Positions 49,935 to 59,875 of a DNA stretch of 64,000 nucleotides are shown here, in pieces. A program made the position numbers and the translations under genes. The notes under the pieces are model-generated. The model saw only the letters and a list, made by a program, of their open reading frames with translations, ran no database searches and had not been told where the DNA came from. This stretch comes from Candidatus Woesearchaeota archaeon (GTDB lineage: Archaea; Nanobdellota; Nanobdellia; Woesearchaeales; UBA583). The stretch lies in the NCBI GenBank assembly GCA_027858315.1, contig JAQICV010000064.1, forward strand, positions 4,971-68,970, given 5' to 3'. Each line of letters opens with the position of its first letter. The stretch's first letter is position 1.

Positions 49935-50189
49935 TCAATTAAAATACATGATATATAAACTAAAAAATGCGATGAGAAGACCAAATATTACAGTAAAAGA
50001 TCTTGCAAACATAAAAAATGAATCTCTTTGAGTTTTATTAGTTTTAAATATGAAAAGCTCAGAAAGATTAGCCTTATTTGTGAAAACTAAAACCATTTTA
50101 TAGATATAAGAACTAATTGACTTACTAAATAAAATTAGTAAAGTTCCAATTCCAACATAACTCCAAAAAACTATAGGGACTACAACCAT
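49935..50189 (-). CDS. small membrane protein
   Basis: 84 aa with two or three hydrophobic segments. Confidence 0.35.
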   Translation of the reverse strand: MVVVPIVFWSYVGIGTLLILFSKSISSYIYKMVLVFTNKANLSELFIFKTNKTQRDSFFMFARSFTVIFGLLIAFFSLYIMYFN

Positions 50190-50305
50190 AATTGATTATG
50201 TTGAAGTTTCTTTAAAAATTTTTCTTATCACTTATCTAAACTTTATACTAGAAATTCCCTCATTTAAAATTTTCTTGAAGGCAGCAAAATCAAATTTAAT
50301 GATTT

Positions 50306-51229
50306 TTAGAATTTTTTTTGAATATACTCAAATGCAGAATATGCAGCAATTGAGCCTTCTGAAGCTCCAGTAATAGCTTGCTTCCAACCCATATTTGTAA
50401 CATCTCCAGCAGCAAACACTCCTTCAATGTTAGTTTTTGACAATTTATCTATAATAATTTCTCCATTTCCTGCAAGTTCCACACTAAGATTCTTTGCAAG
50501 TTCACTTTGAGGAAGCTGTCCTACAGCAATAAAAACTCCTTGAAGGTCAATTTTATTTGAACCATTATACTCTTTATCTAATATAACATGATTAACTAAT
50601 TTATCTCCACAAATTTCTTTAACATTAACTCCTTCAATAATTTCAATATTTGAGATTTTTCTTAATCTATCAATATTTACAGGTTCAGCTTTAAGATGTG
50701 ACCTCACAAACATATAAACTTTCTCACAATTTTGTGCTAAAACCATAGCTTCTTTTGCAGCACTATCGCTACCTCCAATCATTCCTACAGTCTTTTTCCT
50801 AAAAAACATACTATCGCAAGTAGCGCAATAACTAACTCCTTTACCTCTAAACTCTTCTTCTCCTGGAGCACCAAGATGTTTATGTTTTGTTCCTGTTGCC
50901 AGAACAATAGATTTTGCAGTAAATTCTTTATTCATCAAATCAGTTTTCACAACAAAAAATTCACCTTTTTTCTCAACACTCTTCACAACATCATTTTCAA
51001 TTGGAACTCCATTTGCTCTAACATGGTCTTCCATGTTCTTTGCTAAATCAGGTCCAGAAATTTTTGTAAATCCAGGATAATTTTCAACTTCATTTGTTGT
51101 TGTAATTAAACCGCCAAGTTCTTTAGCAATAACTAAAGTCTTCAAATTAAATCTTGCACCATAAATTGCAGCAGGATAACCAGCACACCCACCACCAACA
51201 ATAATTAAATCATACTCGTTCTCATTCAT
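50306..51229 (-). CDS. trxB: thioredoxin-disulfide reductase
   Basis: FAD site GGGCAGYPAAIY, redox-active CATCD, NAD(P)H site GGSDSAAKEA, and C-terminal GDV. Confidence 0.92.
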   Translation of the reverse strand: MNENEYDLIIVGGGCAGYPAAIYGARFNLKTLVIAKELGGLITTTNEVENYPGFTKISGPDLAKNMEDHVRANGVPIENDVVKSVEKKGEFFVVKTDLMNKEFTAKSIVLATGTKHKHLGAPGEEEFRGKGVSYCATCDSMFFRKKTVGMIGGSDSAAKEAMVLAQNCEKVYMFVRSHLKAEPVNIDRLRKISNIEIIEGVNVKEICGDKLVNHVILDKEYNGSNKIDLQGVFIAVGQLPQSELAKNLSVELAGNGEIIIDKLSKTNIEGVFAAGDVTNMGWKQAITGASEGSIAAYSAFEYIQKKF

Positions 51230-51259
51230 AGAATAAATTCAACTTAAGTTTTTATTAAT

Positions 51260-51270
51260 GTATCGAAGTT
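51260..51270 (-). promoter_or_regulatory. possible half-site related to the peroxiredoxin upstream element
   Basis: GTATCGAAGTT matches GTATCGAACTT of the 44600-44628 element at 10/11 positions. In gene orientation it lies immediately upstream of a TTAATAAAAA box, about 30 nt before the trxB ATG. Confidence 0.3.
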
Positions 51271-51377
51271 TAGATTTTAGAATAAATAAATTCACAATAT
51301 AAAATAAAATTAAAAAATTATTTTTGAGTTTTAAACTCTGTAAAATAAAAATTATGTAATTTTTAATCACAGAATTC

Positions 51378-51551
51378 TTATTTGAATTCTGTGTAAGCAC
51401 ATTTTCCACAATGGAATCTATCTTTATGTTCTGCTAAAAAAATTCCTCTACCACATTTAGGGCACTCTTTCTTAACTTTTTTACCATCTGAATATGCTTC
51501 ATACTTCTTTGATGGAGCTGATGATTTTGCCTTTTCTTTAGATTTAGTCAT
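51378..51551 (-). CDS. rps27ae: 30S ribosomal protein S27ae (eS31)
   Basis: 57-aa ORF absent from the track: [57 protein letters not shown]. It shows the CPxCG...FxAxHxDRxxCGKCxYTEF signature. The ATG lies 2 nt after the uL11 stop. Confidence 0.88.
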   Translation of the reverse strand: MTKSKEKAKSSAPSKKYEAYSDGKKVKKECPKCGRGIFLAEHKDRFHCGKCAYTEFK

Positions 51552-51553
51552 TT

Positions 51554-52042
51554 TTAGATTTCCTCATTTAATACTTTATCGTACTTTCCTTTCTTTACAT
51601 CTGCAATAAATTCTCTAGGAACTTTCCCATCAACTTTAATACCTAATGAATAACATGTTCCAGCCATTTCTCTAACTGCAGCAGATAAGTCATTTGCAAG
51701 TAATGAGTCAAATTTCATTCTAGCTACTTTCTTAATTTGTTCAATTGTAATATCTGCAACATAAGTCTTATCAGGAGTTCCGCTACCCTTAGCGATTCCT
51801 AATTCAGACTTAATTAATTGTGAAGCAGGAGGAGTTCCAATTTCAATATCATATGATTTAGTCTCAGTATCAACGATAACTTTTACTGGAACTTTCATAC
51901 CCTTAAAGTCTGCAGTTTTCTTATTAATGTCTGCTACAACTTGTCCAATGTTTACTTTTAGTGGACCTAATGCTGGTCCTAGAGGAGGTGCAGCACTCGC
52001 TTTACCACCCTCGATTAATATTTCAATTGTCTCTTTTGCCAT
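51554..52042 (-). CDS. rpl11p: 50S ribosomal protein uL11
   Basis: [25 protein letters not shown] is the characteristic L11 N-terminal domain. Confidence 0.93.
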   Translation of the reverse strand: MAKETIEILIEGGKASAAPPLGPALGPLKVNIGQVVADINKKTADFKGMKVPVKVIVDTETKSYDIEIGTPPASQLIKSELGIAKGSGTPDKTYVADITIEQIKKVARMKFDSLLANDLSAAVREMAGTCYSLGIKVDGKVPREFIADVKKGKYDKVLNEEI

Positions 52043-52259
52043 TTGTCTTTTATTTAAGCAACCTTCTATGAAGGATAAATAGCGTTATTATTACAATAAC
52101 ACCTAAAAATATTAACCTTAATTGATTTATAAATTGTTGTGTCATTCATATTATTGATAAAGAACACAATTTATAAGAATAAAAAATCATTTAATTCTTA
52201 TTCTGTTCGAACTCTAAATAGTCTCAAATATTAATAAAACCTATTAAAAATTAACAAAA

Positions 52260-52270
52260 TTTATATATAA
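52260..52270 (+). promoter_or_regulatory. TATA-box-like element
   Basis: TTTATATATAA lies 29 nt upstream of the ATG at 52289. Confidence 0.45.
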
Positions 52271-52288
52271 ACAACGAAAGTCTTACAT

Positions 52289-52690
52289 ATGGACAACCAA
52301 AATTCTTCAGAATTACCTTTATTAACTTACAATTCTCTGTACAATTTATTAAGAGAAGAAAAGAAAATAAAGAAACTCCAAATGCTTCCTGAAGAATTTT
52401 ATGAATCTCTGCAAAAATTTCTAAAAGATAAAAAATTAGAAATAGACAAATTAAGACCTAATCTTGAATTAAGGGATAAATTGAAACGAGAAAGATTAAT
52501 TCTCTCAAACTCTCAAAAAGTATCTCAAGAATTAATCAATTTAAGATGTGTTAAAATCTCAAATATCGCAATAAAAAATAAAATCTTTGAAGAAGACACA
52601 CTATCAGAAGATGATGTACTTGAAAAAGAAAAAGATTTTTTCAATAATGTTCAAAAAGGAATAAATACAATTACAAAATATTTAAAATGA
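52289..52690 (+). CDS. GINS-subunit-like protein (A-domain only)
   Basis: LTYNSLYNLLREEKK...LQMLPEEFYESL...LINLRCVKISNIA...LSEDDVLEKEKDFF follows the helical pattern of the archaeal Gins A-domain. The call is tentative. Confidence 0.45.
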   Translation: MDNQNSSELPLLTYNSLYNLLREEKKIKKLQMLPEEFYESLQKFLKDKKLEIDKLRPNLELRDKLKRERLILSNSQKVSQELINLRCVKISNIAIKNKIFEEDTLSEDDVLEKEKDFFNNVQKGINTITKYLK

Positions 52691-53730
52691 ATCTAAGATA
52701 TAGTACAAAAACGCAAAGAAACTTTTTACTGGGGATAAGTATAGTATTTTTATTACTAACAATGTTTGTAATTAAAAACATATTTACTCTAATAATTTAT
52801 AGTTCTCTTCTATCTTATTTTTTATATCCAATCTATACATATTTTTTCGAAAAAATAAAAAATAAAAGGTTAGCCTCATTAGGAACTGTGTTTATATCTA
52901 TTATAATTGTATTTATGCCCTTAATATTATTATCTTATGTTGTAATTCTTGAACTTACAAAATTAGTAATAAGATACAGAGAATACATCGAAAATCCTGA
53001 AATATTAAATGCAATAGTAAATTCATTCTTAGCAAACATATCCAATTCAACTTTTTTATCAAACATCAATGCATCTGAATTTGTAAATAAATTAGTAGCT
53101 TTTATCTTAGAATTAACAAATAGTTTTTTCTCTTCAATTCCTACTATGATACTTTATTTCTTCATAGTATTATTCATCACATATTATATCTTAATGTACA
53201 ATAGAGAAATATTTAGAGCAGTAAATGAATACATACCTTTAAGTTTAAAAAAACAAGATGCAATCGTAAGAAGCATTGCTAAAAATGTGAAAGTTCTCTT
53301 TAAAGGATATTTCTTAACTGGAGCAATACAAACCTTAGTTGCCCTTTTAGGTTTTATAATATTTGGAGCTCCTAATCTTTTAATTATTACATTTTTAACA
53401 CTAATTACAAGTTTAATTCCTTATCTTGGAACTCCTATGGTTTGGGTTCCTGTAAGTATTTATATGATTATAGCTGGTGATCAATTTGGAGGATTTGGAC
53501 TTTTAATTTATGGGACTTTAATTATTAATATGATTGATAATTTTGTAAGACCTGTCCTTATGAGCAGTAAAGACACAATTCCTCCTGCATTAGTATTTAT
53601 AGGATTTATTGGAGGAATGTATGCATTTGGATTAATTGGTGTAATTCTTGGGCCACTGATAATTTCCATTACTTCTATCTTGTTAAAATACTTAAAAGAA
53701 ACATTAAAATACTCTGAAGAAGAAAAATAA
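52687..53730 (+). CDS. AI-2E family (PerM/UPF0118) transporter
   Basis: Eight hydrophobic segments and the conserved C-terminal pattern IPYLGT...DNFVRPVLMS...PALVFIG.IGG. Its ATGA start overlaps the stop of the upstream gene. Confidence 0.75.
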   Translation: MNLRYSTKTQRNFLLGISIVFLLLTMFVIKNIFTLIIYSSLLSYFLYPIYTYFFEKIKNKRLASLGTVFISIIIVFMPLILLSYVVILELTKLVIRYREYIENPEILNAIVNSFLANISNSTFLSNINASEFVNKLVAFILELTNSFFSSIPTMILYFFIVLFITYYILMYNREIFRAVNEYIPLSLKKQDAIVRSIAKNVKVLFKGYFLTGAIQTLVALLGFIIFGAPNLLIITFLTLITSLIPYLGTPMVWVPVSIYMIIAGDQFGGFGLLIYGTLIINMIDNFVRPVLMSSKDTIPPALVFIGFIGGMYAFGLIGVILGPLIISITSILLKYLKETLKYSEEEK

Positions 53731-53781
53731 ATTTGGTGAACATATAGTAAGATATATAAATAAATGTTTTTTTCATTTTAT

Positions 53782-54714
53782 ATGGTAGAGAGAAAAATTA
53801 TTAAATTTGGAACATCCTCTTTTGTATTAACATTACCAAATGAATGGGTAAAGAAAAATAAATTAGTTAAGGGCGACACTATAGACCTAGTCGAGAATCA
53901 GAATAAGTTGATGATTTCAACTGAGAAAGACAATTTAATTGAAAAAGAAGCTGAAATCAATATTGATGATATGCCTCTGAAAATTTTCAACAAAAAATTA
54001 ATTTCATATTATCTAAAAAATTACAGATACATAAGAATTAAAGGTGAAAAAGTAATAGAGCGATTAGAAGAACTTAGAATTTTCAAAGAGAAACTAAGTT
54101 CAATTGAAATTTATGAAATTGGAAAAGACTTTATTCTTTTCAAAGATTTAAGTGACCCAAAATCTTTAGATGTCGATAATATGATTCAGAAAATCATTGG
54201 GATAGAAAAAATCTTATTTGATGAGATTATTGAAAATAATAGACACAATTATATCTCTCAAATTGATTCAAACATTAATAAATTAACATTTTTAACATTT
54301 AAAACAATTAATTATAATTTAGATAAAAGGGAAAAAACTTACGAAGTAAAAAATTCGATATATTTGTGGAGGATTGTATCTTCTCTTGAAAGCATTGGAG
54401 ACATTATTAAAAGAGTAGCAAGATATTTAGAAAAATGCGAAGATAAAAGTAGTCATATCATGGAACAAATGTTAAGAGAATTAAAATCTTATTTTGAATT
54501 CATAACTAGTCTTTTTAAAAAAGATATAAATCTAGAAAACAATTTAAAATTATATCTTGATAAAAAACAATCTCTTTTAAGAGAATTTGAAGAAAATAGA
54601 ATAAAATTCCAAGATAATATGAATTTGTATCTCGTAGTAACTCAACTACTTAAAGATGTATTAGGAGAACTAGATACAATAACTCTTTCAATTATTGATA
54701 TCTATTCGGAATAA
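53782..54714 (+). CDS. AbrB/SpoVT-domain plus PhoU-like domain protein (paralog of 48117-48962)
   Basis: MVERKIIKFGTSSFVLTLPNEWVKKNKLVKGDTI parallels the N-terminus of the paralog. The ATG at 53782 lies about 25 nt after a TATA-like GATATATAAATAAA; the track start at 53764 sits directly after that box. Confidence 0.6.
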   Translation: MVERKIIKFGTSSFVLTLPNEWVKKNKLVKGDTIDLVENQNKLMISTEKDNLIEKEAEINIDDMPLKIFNKKLISYYLKNYRYIRIKGEKVIERLEELRIFKEKLSSIEIYEIGKDFILFKDLSDPKSLDVDNMIQKIIGIEKILFDEIIENNRHNYISQIDSNINKLTFLTFKTINYNLDKREKTYEVKNSIYLWRIVSSLESIGDIIKRVARYLEKCEDKSSHIMEQMLRELKSYFEFITSLFKKDINLENNLKLYLDKKQSLLREFEENRIKFQDNMNLYLVVTQLLKDVLGELDTITLSIIDIYSE

Positions 54715-54772
54715 TTTTTTCAATTTTTTTTAGTGAATAAACTTTTTAAAAGAGAATATTATTTATTTATTT

Positions 54773-56395
54773 ATGAATAAAAAAAATGAATTGTATTTAA
54801 GACTATCATTAGGTACTTTGTGCGTTTTAATTATAGGATATTTTGTATTTGATATACTAACTTACATTTATTCTCTATCTCAAGAGTTATCTCGAGTAGC
54901 AAATTTTGATTTTTCAAAAATAGTTATTGATATTGTATTTATTGTAATATTTTATCTAATTTTAAGTATTGCAATTCATTGGAAGAATTATTTTAAGCAC
55001 TTAACAAAAACTTTAGTTGTTCTAGGAATAAGTTTTTTTATGTTTGGATCTTTTTTAATATTGTTTAATTCTCAATCTCAAGAAATTACAGACTCAATTC
55101 AAGGTTCAATAGATTATTTGTTAGTTGGTTCATTAGAAGATATGCTTCTTGGTCAATTTGAAATTAGTAATGATGAACTAAATATTGAATTTGCCGAAAA
55201 TTCAGAAATTTTATCCATTCATAATAAAAATATGACTCTTTATCAAGCTGAGATTTTAAATGAGATTCTAGAAGTCACACCAGAATCATTTCAAGATAAA
55301 CTTGATTTTTCAAAACTTTTTATTAGCATTATCTATGCTGGAATGGAAAAAGATATGCCTGAGTTAATTGGTGCACCAATAACTAAAAATCAATTATCTC
55401 AATCCTTAGAAGAGTTAGATTACTCTTCAATAATCTCTCAAATTGATATTGAAAGTTTAAAAGATATTTACACAATAAATGAAAATGCATACATCTCTTT
55501 ATCTCTATCTGAATCTCAAGAGATTATCTCTATTGAATTAACAAATCTTCGAAAAAATGAGGTAAATAGGATTTGGTCAAGTTTAGGTTTTAGTAATCAA
55601 GTTTCATACAATACTAAAAAAATTATCTCTCAATTATTAATGTCGCAAATTACTTTAGCACTTCCACAAGAACAAAAAAATTTACCTATTTCTATAGATA
55701 CTTTAGCCCATTTTGTACCTAATGAAATTAAAGAATTTACCAAATATGATATTTTTTCAGATAATATAAGTCAAAGAGTATATGAACTTAATTCCATTAG
55801 AGATGATTGTGATAATTCAAATCAAGATAACAATACTCTTTGTGAGATGATTAGTTATATTGAGTATGAATCTCTTCTCTTAATGCTTCAAAATTCTTCA
55901 AATGATCTAGGATTAGGATCAACTAATCTTTCTACAATCCTTGAAGATATTGGTACTAAAGAAGAACTTGAATCTACAATCGAAAATAAAACAAACAAAG
56001 GTGCAATTTTTTTATTCTTAAGTTTTTTATTTTTTAGTTTATCTTTCTTAACATACTATCTTCATTTCAAACTTTTCGACAGAGAATTAATTCTAGTCCA
56101 TATTCCATATTATATTTCTAAAATGATTTTTTATCATTTTATACCTTATTATATAATCACTGGAGTATTTTATTGGCTAATCTCAAGCGATTTTTTAAGA
56201 GAAAAACTTAGTGATTCTTTAAGTGGATTGCCATTCAATATAGACATATTTTTTAATATTCCTATAATAAATTTAGTTGTTGGGATTTATGGTTCTTTCT
56301 TTTTAATTTTGACAATTTTTTTAGTTTTCTCACTAGGCATATATCTTTGTTTTTATTTCATTTTAAAACAAAAGGTTAAACAAGTCTATGAGTAA
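54773..56395 (+). CDS. polytopic membrane protein with a large acidic extracytoplasmic domain, unknown function
   Basis: About four N-terminal TMs, a roughly 300-aa hydrophilic middle region and about four C-terminal TMs. It is the first gene of the same-strand run leading into the pilus genes. Confidence 0.5.
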   Translation: MNKKNELYLRLSLGTLCVLIIGYFVFDILTYIYSLSQELSRVANFDFSKIVIDIVFIVIFYLILSIAIHWKNYFKHLTKTLVVLGISFFMFGSFLILFNSQSQEITDSIQGSIDYLLVGSLEDMLLGQFEISNDELNIEFAENSEILSIHNKNMTLYQAEILNEILEVTPESFQDKLDFSKLFISIIYAGMEKDMPELIGAPITKNQLSQSLEELDYSSIISQIDIESLKDIYTINENAYISLSLSESQEIISIELTNLRKNEVNRIWSSLGFSNQVSYNTKKIISQLLMSQITLALPQEQKNLPISIDTLAHFVPNEIKEFTKYDIFSDNISQRVYELNSIRDDCDNSNQDNNTLCEMISYIEYESLLLMLQNSSNDLGLGSTNLSTILEDIGTKEELESTIENKTNKGAIFLFLSFLFFSLSFLTYYLHFKLFDRELILVHIPYYISKMIFYHFIPYYIITGVFYWLISSDFLREKLSDSLSGLPFNIDIFFNIPIINLVVGIYGSFFLILTIFLVFSLGIYLCFYFILKQKVKQVYE

Positions 56396-56447
56396 TTACT
56401 TTTTAATTAGTATAAATATATAAAATATAAATTATCGAAGAAAACAT

Positions 56448-56897
56448 ATGTTAAGTAAGGTTCTAAATACTCCAATTGATGATTTGGTAGTGCTTATCAA
56501 GAATAATAAAAATTGTACTACGACTTTTCTTAGAGAAAAACTTAATTTACCGTACGAAATCATTGAAAAATGGTTAATAATTCTTGAAGAGTACAAGATT
56601 ATTAAAATTCACTACAAAGGCTTTGAAGGATTTGTAGAGTTAGTAGAAAAAAAAGAAGATGCAGATAAAGAGGACGAAGAATTAAATATTGAGAATCTCA
56701 AAGAAACTTTTACTTCTAAATGTAAAAAAAGAGATTTAAGTTATGATCAAATGAAAATAGTTTGGCCAAAATTTGTTGAAAATTACAAAGGAGAAATAAA
56801 CAAGCTTTTTTACATTAGTGCACAAAAAAGAGGATTCGATAAAATTCAAACACAAAAAGCATGGAGCAAATATTTGGAGGCATTAATAAAATATTAA
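56448..56897 (+). CDS. small protein with a possible N-terminal winged-helix domain
   Basis: LVVLIKNNKNCTTTFLREKLNLPYEIIEKWLIILEEYKIIKIHY has a wHTH-like pattern. Its stop lies 1 nt before the next ATG. Confidence 0.4.
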   Translation: MLSKVLNTPIDDLVVLIKNNKNCTTTFLREKLNLPYEIIEKWLIILEEYKIIKIHYKGFEGFVELVEKKEDADKEDEELNIENLKETFTSKCKKRDLSYDQMKIVWPKFVENYKGEINKLFYISAQKRGFDKIQTQKAWSKYLEALIKY

Positions 56898-56898
56898 A

Positions 56899-58377
56899 AT
56901 GGGATTAGATATAGATTCATTTTTGGACAATGTAGGTAAAGAAGAAGTACCTAAACCAGAAGAAAAAGAAATTAAAAAAGTAAGTCTTGATTTTCAAAAA
57001 GAAGTTGAAGATAGAATTGAGAATGTAAAAAAGGATTCTCAAAATAAGGACCTTGGTATTCTTAAAGAAATTTATGATGAAGTAAGAAATTTTAATGTAG
57101 ATTTACCAAATAAATTTTTAGGCATTGAAAATAAAAGTGGAATTGCTCTAAAAGATCTTAGCGAGAAATATTCTCAAGAATTTTTAACAATCTCAAAAAA
57201 TAATGCTCAAATAATTACCAAAAATATCAAAGACAGAATACTTCAAATTAATGAGTTTATGCAAAATGAAGATTTTGTTAATGTTCTTGAAAATTATAAA
57301 ATTGTAATTACTGATTTTAATTTTTTCCCTAAAGCTATATTAAATGAGAAAATTGAACTCTCAAGAAAAATAAGAGATACTGAGATTATAATTTTTACAA
57401 AACTAGAAGAATACAAAAACAAAACAATTTTTAATCTAAAAGCCCAAATAAATAGTAAAATCCAATCAATTGCTGAGTTAATTAGAACTTCAAAATTAAA
57501 AGATGCTGAAAAAGGAATTGCTGATTTAGAAGAATTTTCAAATCATCTTCCAAAATTACTCCTTCCTGATTTAATTGAAGAAAAAATAAAAATCTCAAAA
57601 GTTTTAAAGAAGTCCCAAGATTTTTTAATACATAAATACAATGAAGAATTTGAGTATCGAAATAATTTGATAAATCAACTTTTTGAGAAATTCCATACAT
57701 TCTACATTAAAAAAAATATTTCTGAAACAGTTATTACTTATGATGAAATAATAGTAGAATTCAAAACTTTGCCAGATTTTTTTGTTGAAAAAAAAATAGA
57801 TATTTTCAAACAGATAAACGAATTATATACAAAACTTAACAAACTAATCTTAAACAGAAATATTTTCATGTTTGTTGAAACTTATGAATATTCAAAAAGA
57901 ATTGAAGGGATAAGAGAATACTTAAAACATGTTGAAATGAGTAATAATTTTGATAAAAATAATTTATTAGAAATAAAACGAAAAGTTAGTGAACTCCCAA
58001 AACAATTCATTTATGAGAAAGAAGAATTCAACAGGAAAATTGAGGAATTAACAAAAAATATTGGACAAGAAAAAGTTTTCCAAGAAAAATATGAAACTAT
58101 AAAAAAACAAAAAGAATTTGATAAAATAAATTTTCAAGAAGAAAAATTAACAAATATAAATAATCCTAAATTAAATTTAAAAGGCGCAAAAAAAGATATA
58201 CTTATTGAAGTTGACAGACTATATCAAGAATTCAAATTAACAAATGATTCACAAAAAGTAAAAAATATTTATAAAAAAATAACTTTTTATTTAAACCTTG
58301 CAAATATTTCACCAGATGTTAAAAAAGAAACATTAAAAAAGTTAACAAAAACGCTACATGAGAAAAAATTAAGTTAA
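56899..58377 (+). CDS. large all-helical cytoplasmic protein, unknown function
   Basis: 492 aa, Lys/Glu-rich, no TM. Its stop lies 1 nt before the pilus ATPase ATG. It occupies the position that upsX holds in the Sulfolobus ups operon. Confidence 0.45.
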   Translation: MGLDIDSFLDNVGKEEVPKPEEKEIKKVSLDFQKEVEDRIENVKKDSQNKDLGILKEIYDEVRNFNVDLPNKFLGIENKSGIALKDLSEKYSQEFLTISKNNAQIITKNIKDRILQINEFMQNEDFVNVLENYKIVITDFNFFPKAILNEKIELSRKIRDTEIIIFTKLEEYKNKTIFNLKAQINSKIQSIAELIRTSKLKDAEKGIADLEEFSNHLPKLLLPDLIEEKIKISKVLKKSQDFLIHKYNEEFEYRNNLINQLFEKFHTFYIKKNISETVITYDEIIVEFKTLPDFFVEKKIDIFKQINELYTKLNKLILNRNIFMFVETYEYSKRIEGIREYLKHVEMSNNFDKNNLLEIKRKVSELPKQFIYEKEEFNRKIEELTKNIGQEKVFQEKYETIKKQKEFDKINFQEEKLTNINNPKLNLKGAKKDILIEVDRLYQEFKLTNDSQKVKNIYKKITFYLNLANISPDVKKETLKKLTKTLHEKKLS

Positions 58378-58378
58378 A

Positions 58379-59875
58379 ATGGAAATCCTCGATAAATATG
58401 AAATAAACTTTGAAACATCTAAAATCCCGATAGTAATATATTCTTCTAAAGATAGTTATATTGGTGTTTATGAAGTTGGCATATTAGAAGTTGGTGATTA
58501 TACTAAATTTATTGTTGAAAAAATAAAAGAGGATCTTTTGAGGGAAGGAATTTTTGAAAAAGACAAAGATGACAATTTCACCTATGACGAATTAAAAAAA
58601 GCTTATGTCAAAAAAGTAAAAGAATTAATTCAATTTTATTTGCCAGTTTTAAATTATGATGATAAAGATAAATTAGTGACTTACATAGTACAAAAAAGTT
58701 TAGATTTAGGATTTGTAGATATAATAATTTCAGATCCAAATATTGAAGAATTAACTATTAATGGTGGTTCGAAAAAAATTATGATTTATCATAGAAAACA
58801 TGGTTGGCTTGAAACAAATCTTAATTTCATAGATGATGATGAAATTAATAATATTGCCTCAAGAATTGCTCTTGAAAATAAGAAATTTTTTTCAAATTTA
58901 ACTCCGCTCTTAGATGCCCATCTTAGGGGAGGTCACAGAGTAAATGCAACTCTAAATCCTATCTCGACAATGGGTACAACACTAACTATTAGGCGTTTTT
59001 CAGATAAGCCTTGGACAGTCTCAGATTTAATAAATTCGAAAACTTCATCTTCAATAGCACTTGCAATGATTTGGATTGCAATGGAAAATGAATTTTCAAT
59101 AATTGTTGCTGGAGGAACAGGATCAGGTAAAACTTCATTTTTAAATGCCATTTCAACATTCATTCCTGCATCTCAAAGAATCATTTCTGTTGAAGATACA
59201 AGAGAAATAAGATTGCCAGATTATTCTCATTGGGTTCCAATGGAAGCTCGGCAATCTAACCAAGAAGGAAGAGGAGAAGTTAGTATGTTAGATTTAATCA
59301 TGAACTCTTTAAGAATGAGACCTGATAGAATAATTATTGGAGAAATTAGAAAGAAAAAAGAAGCAGAAGTTCTTTTTGAGGCTATGAGGACAGGTCATAG
59401 TGTATATGGTACATTTCATGCAAACAATGCTCATGAAACTGTTTTAAGACTCTCATCATCCCCAATTGAAATTCCTAAATTTACACTCTCAGCTTTAGGT
59501 TTAATTGTAATTCAATCAAGAGATAGAAGATCAGGACAAAGAGTTACTCTTCAAATTGCAGAATTAGATGAAGATGGAAATGAAAGAGTATTACTACAAT
59601 TCAATCCGAAAACCAAAAAATATTTTATGAAAAACAAACCGAAATATTTAACTCAAAAATTAGATGAGTTCCAAGGAATTGATGAAAAAGAATTTTTCGA
59701 TGAACTTAAAAGAAGAGCTCTTGTTTTAGAATATCTAGCCAAATACAATATTACTGAAATTGATGATGTTGGAAAAGTAATAAATAGATATTATAAAGAC
59801 AAAGATAATTTGATAAAAGAAGCATTTAAAAAATTAAAAGAGGTTTCAAAAAAACCTAAACCTAAAATACAATGA
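58379..59875 (+). CDS. type IV pilus/archaellum-type assembly ATPase (VirB11/FlaI/PilB superfamily)
   Basis: Walker A VAGGTGSGKTSFLNA, Asp box SVEDTREI, Walker B RIIIGEIR, His box GHSVYGTFHA. Confidence 0.9.
   Translation: MEILDKYEINFETSKIPIVIYSSKDSYIGVYEVGILEVGDYTKFIVEKIKEDLLREGIFEKDKDDNFTYDELKKAYVKKVKELIQFYLPVLNYDDKDKLVTYIVQKSLDLGFVDIIISDPNIEELTINGGSKKIMIYHRKHGWLETNLNFIDDDEINNIASRIALENKKFFSNLTPLLDAHLRGGHRVNATLNPISTMGTTLTIRRFSDKPWTVSDLINSKTSSSIALAMIWIAMENEFSIIVAGGTGSGKTSFLNAISTFIPASQRIISVEDTREIRLPDYSHWVPMEARQSNQEGRGEVSMLDLIMNSLRMRPDRIIIGEIRKKKEAEVLFEAMRTGHSVYGTFHANNAHETVLRLSSSPIEIPKFTLSALGLIVIQSRDRRSGQRVTLQIAELDEDGNERVLLQFNPKTKKYFMKNKPKYLTQKLDEFQGIDEKEFFDELKRRALVLEYLAKYNITEIDDVGKVINRYYKDKDNLIKEAFKKLKEVSKKPKPKIQ

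Noticed and set aside
52043-52288. A 246-bp region upstream of uL11, considered as an L11/L1-type autoregulatory leader or ncRNA.
   Set aside because: I found only an imperfect inverted repeat (TAAATTGTTGTG / CACAATTTA). I cannot support a structure resembling the 23S rRNA L11-binding site from the sequence alone.
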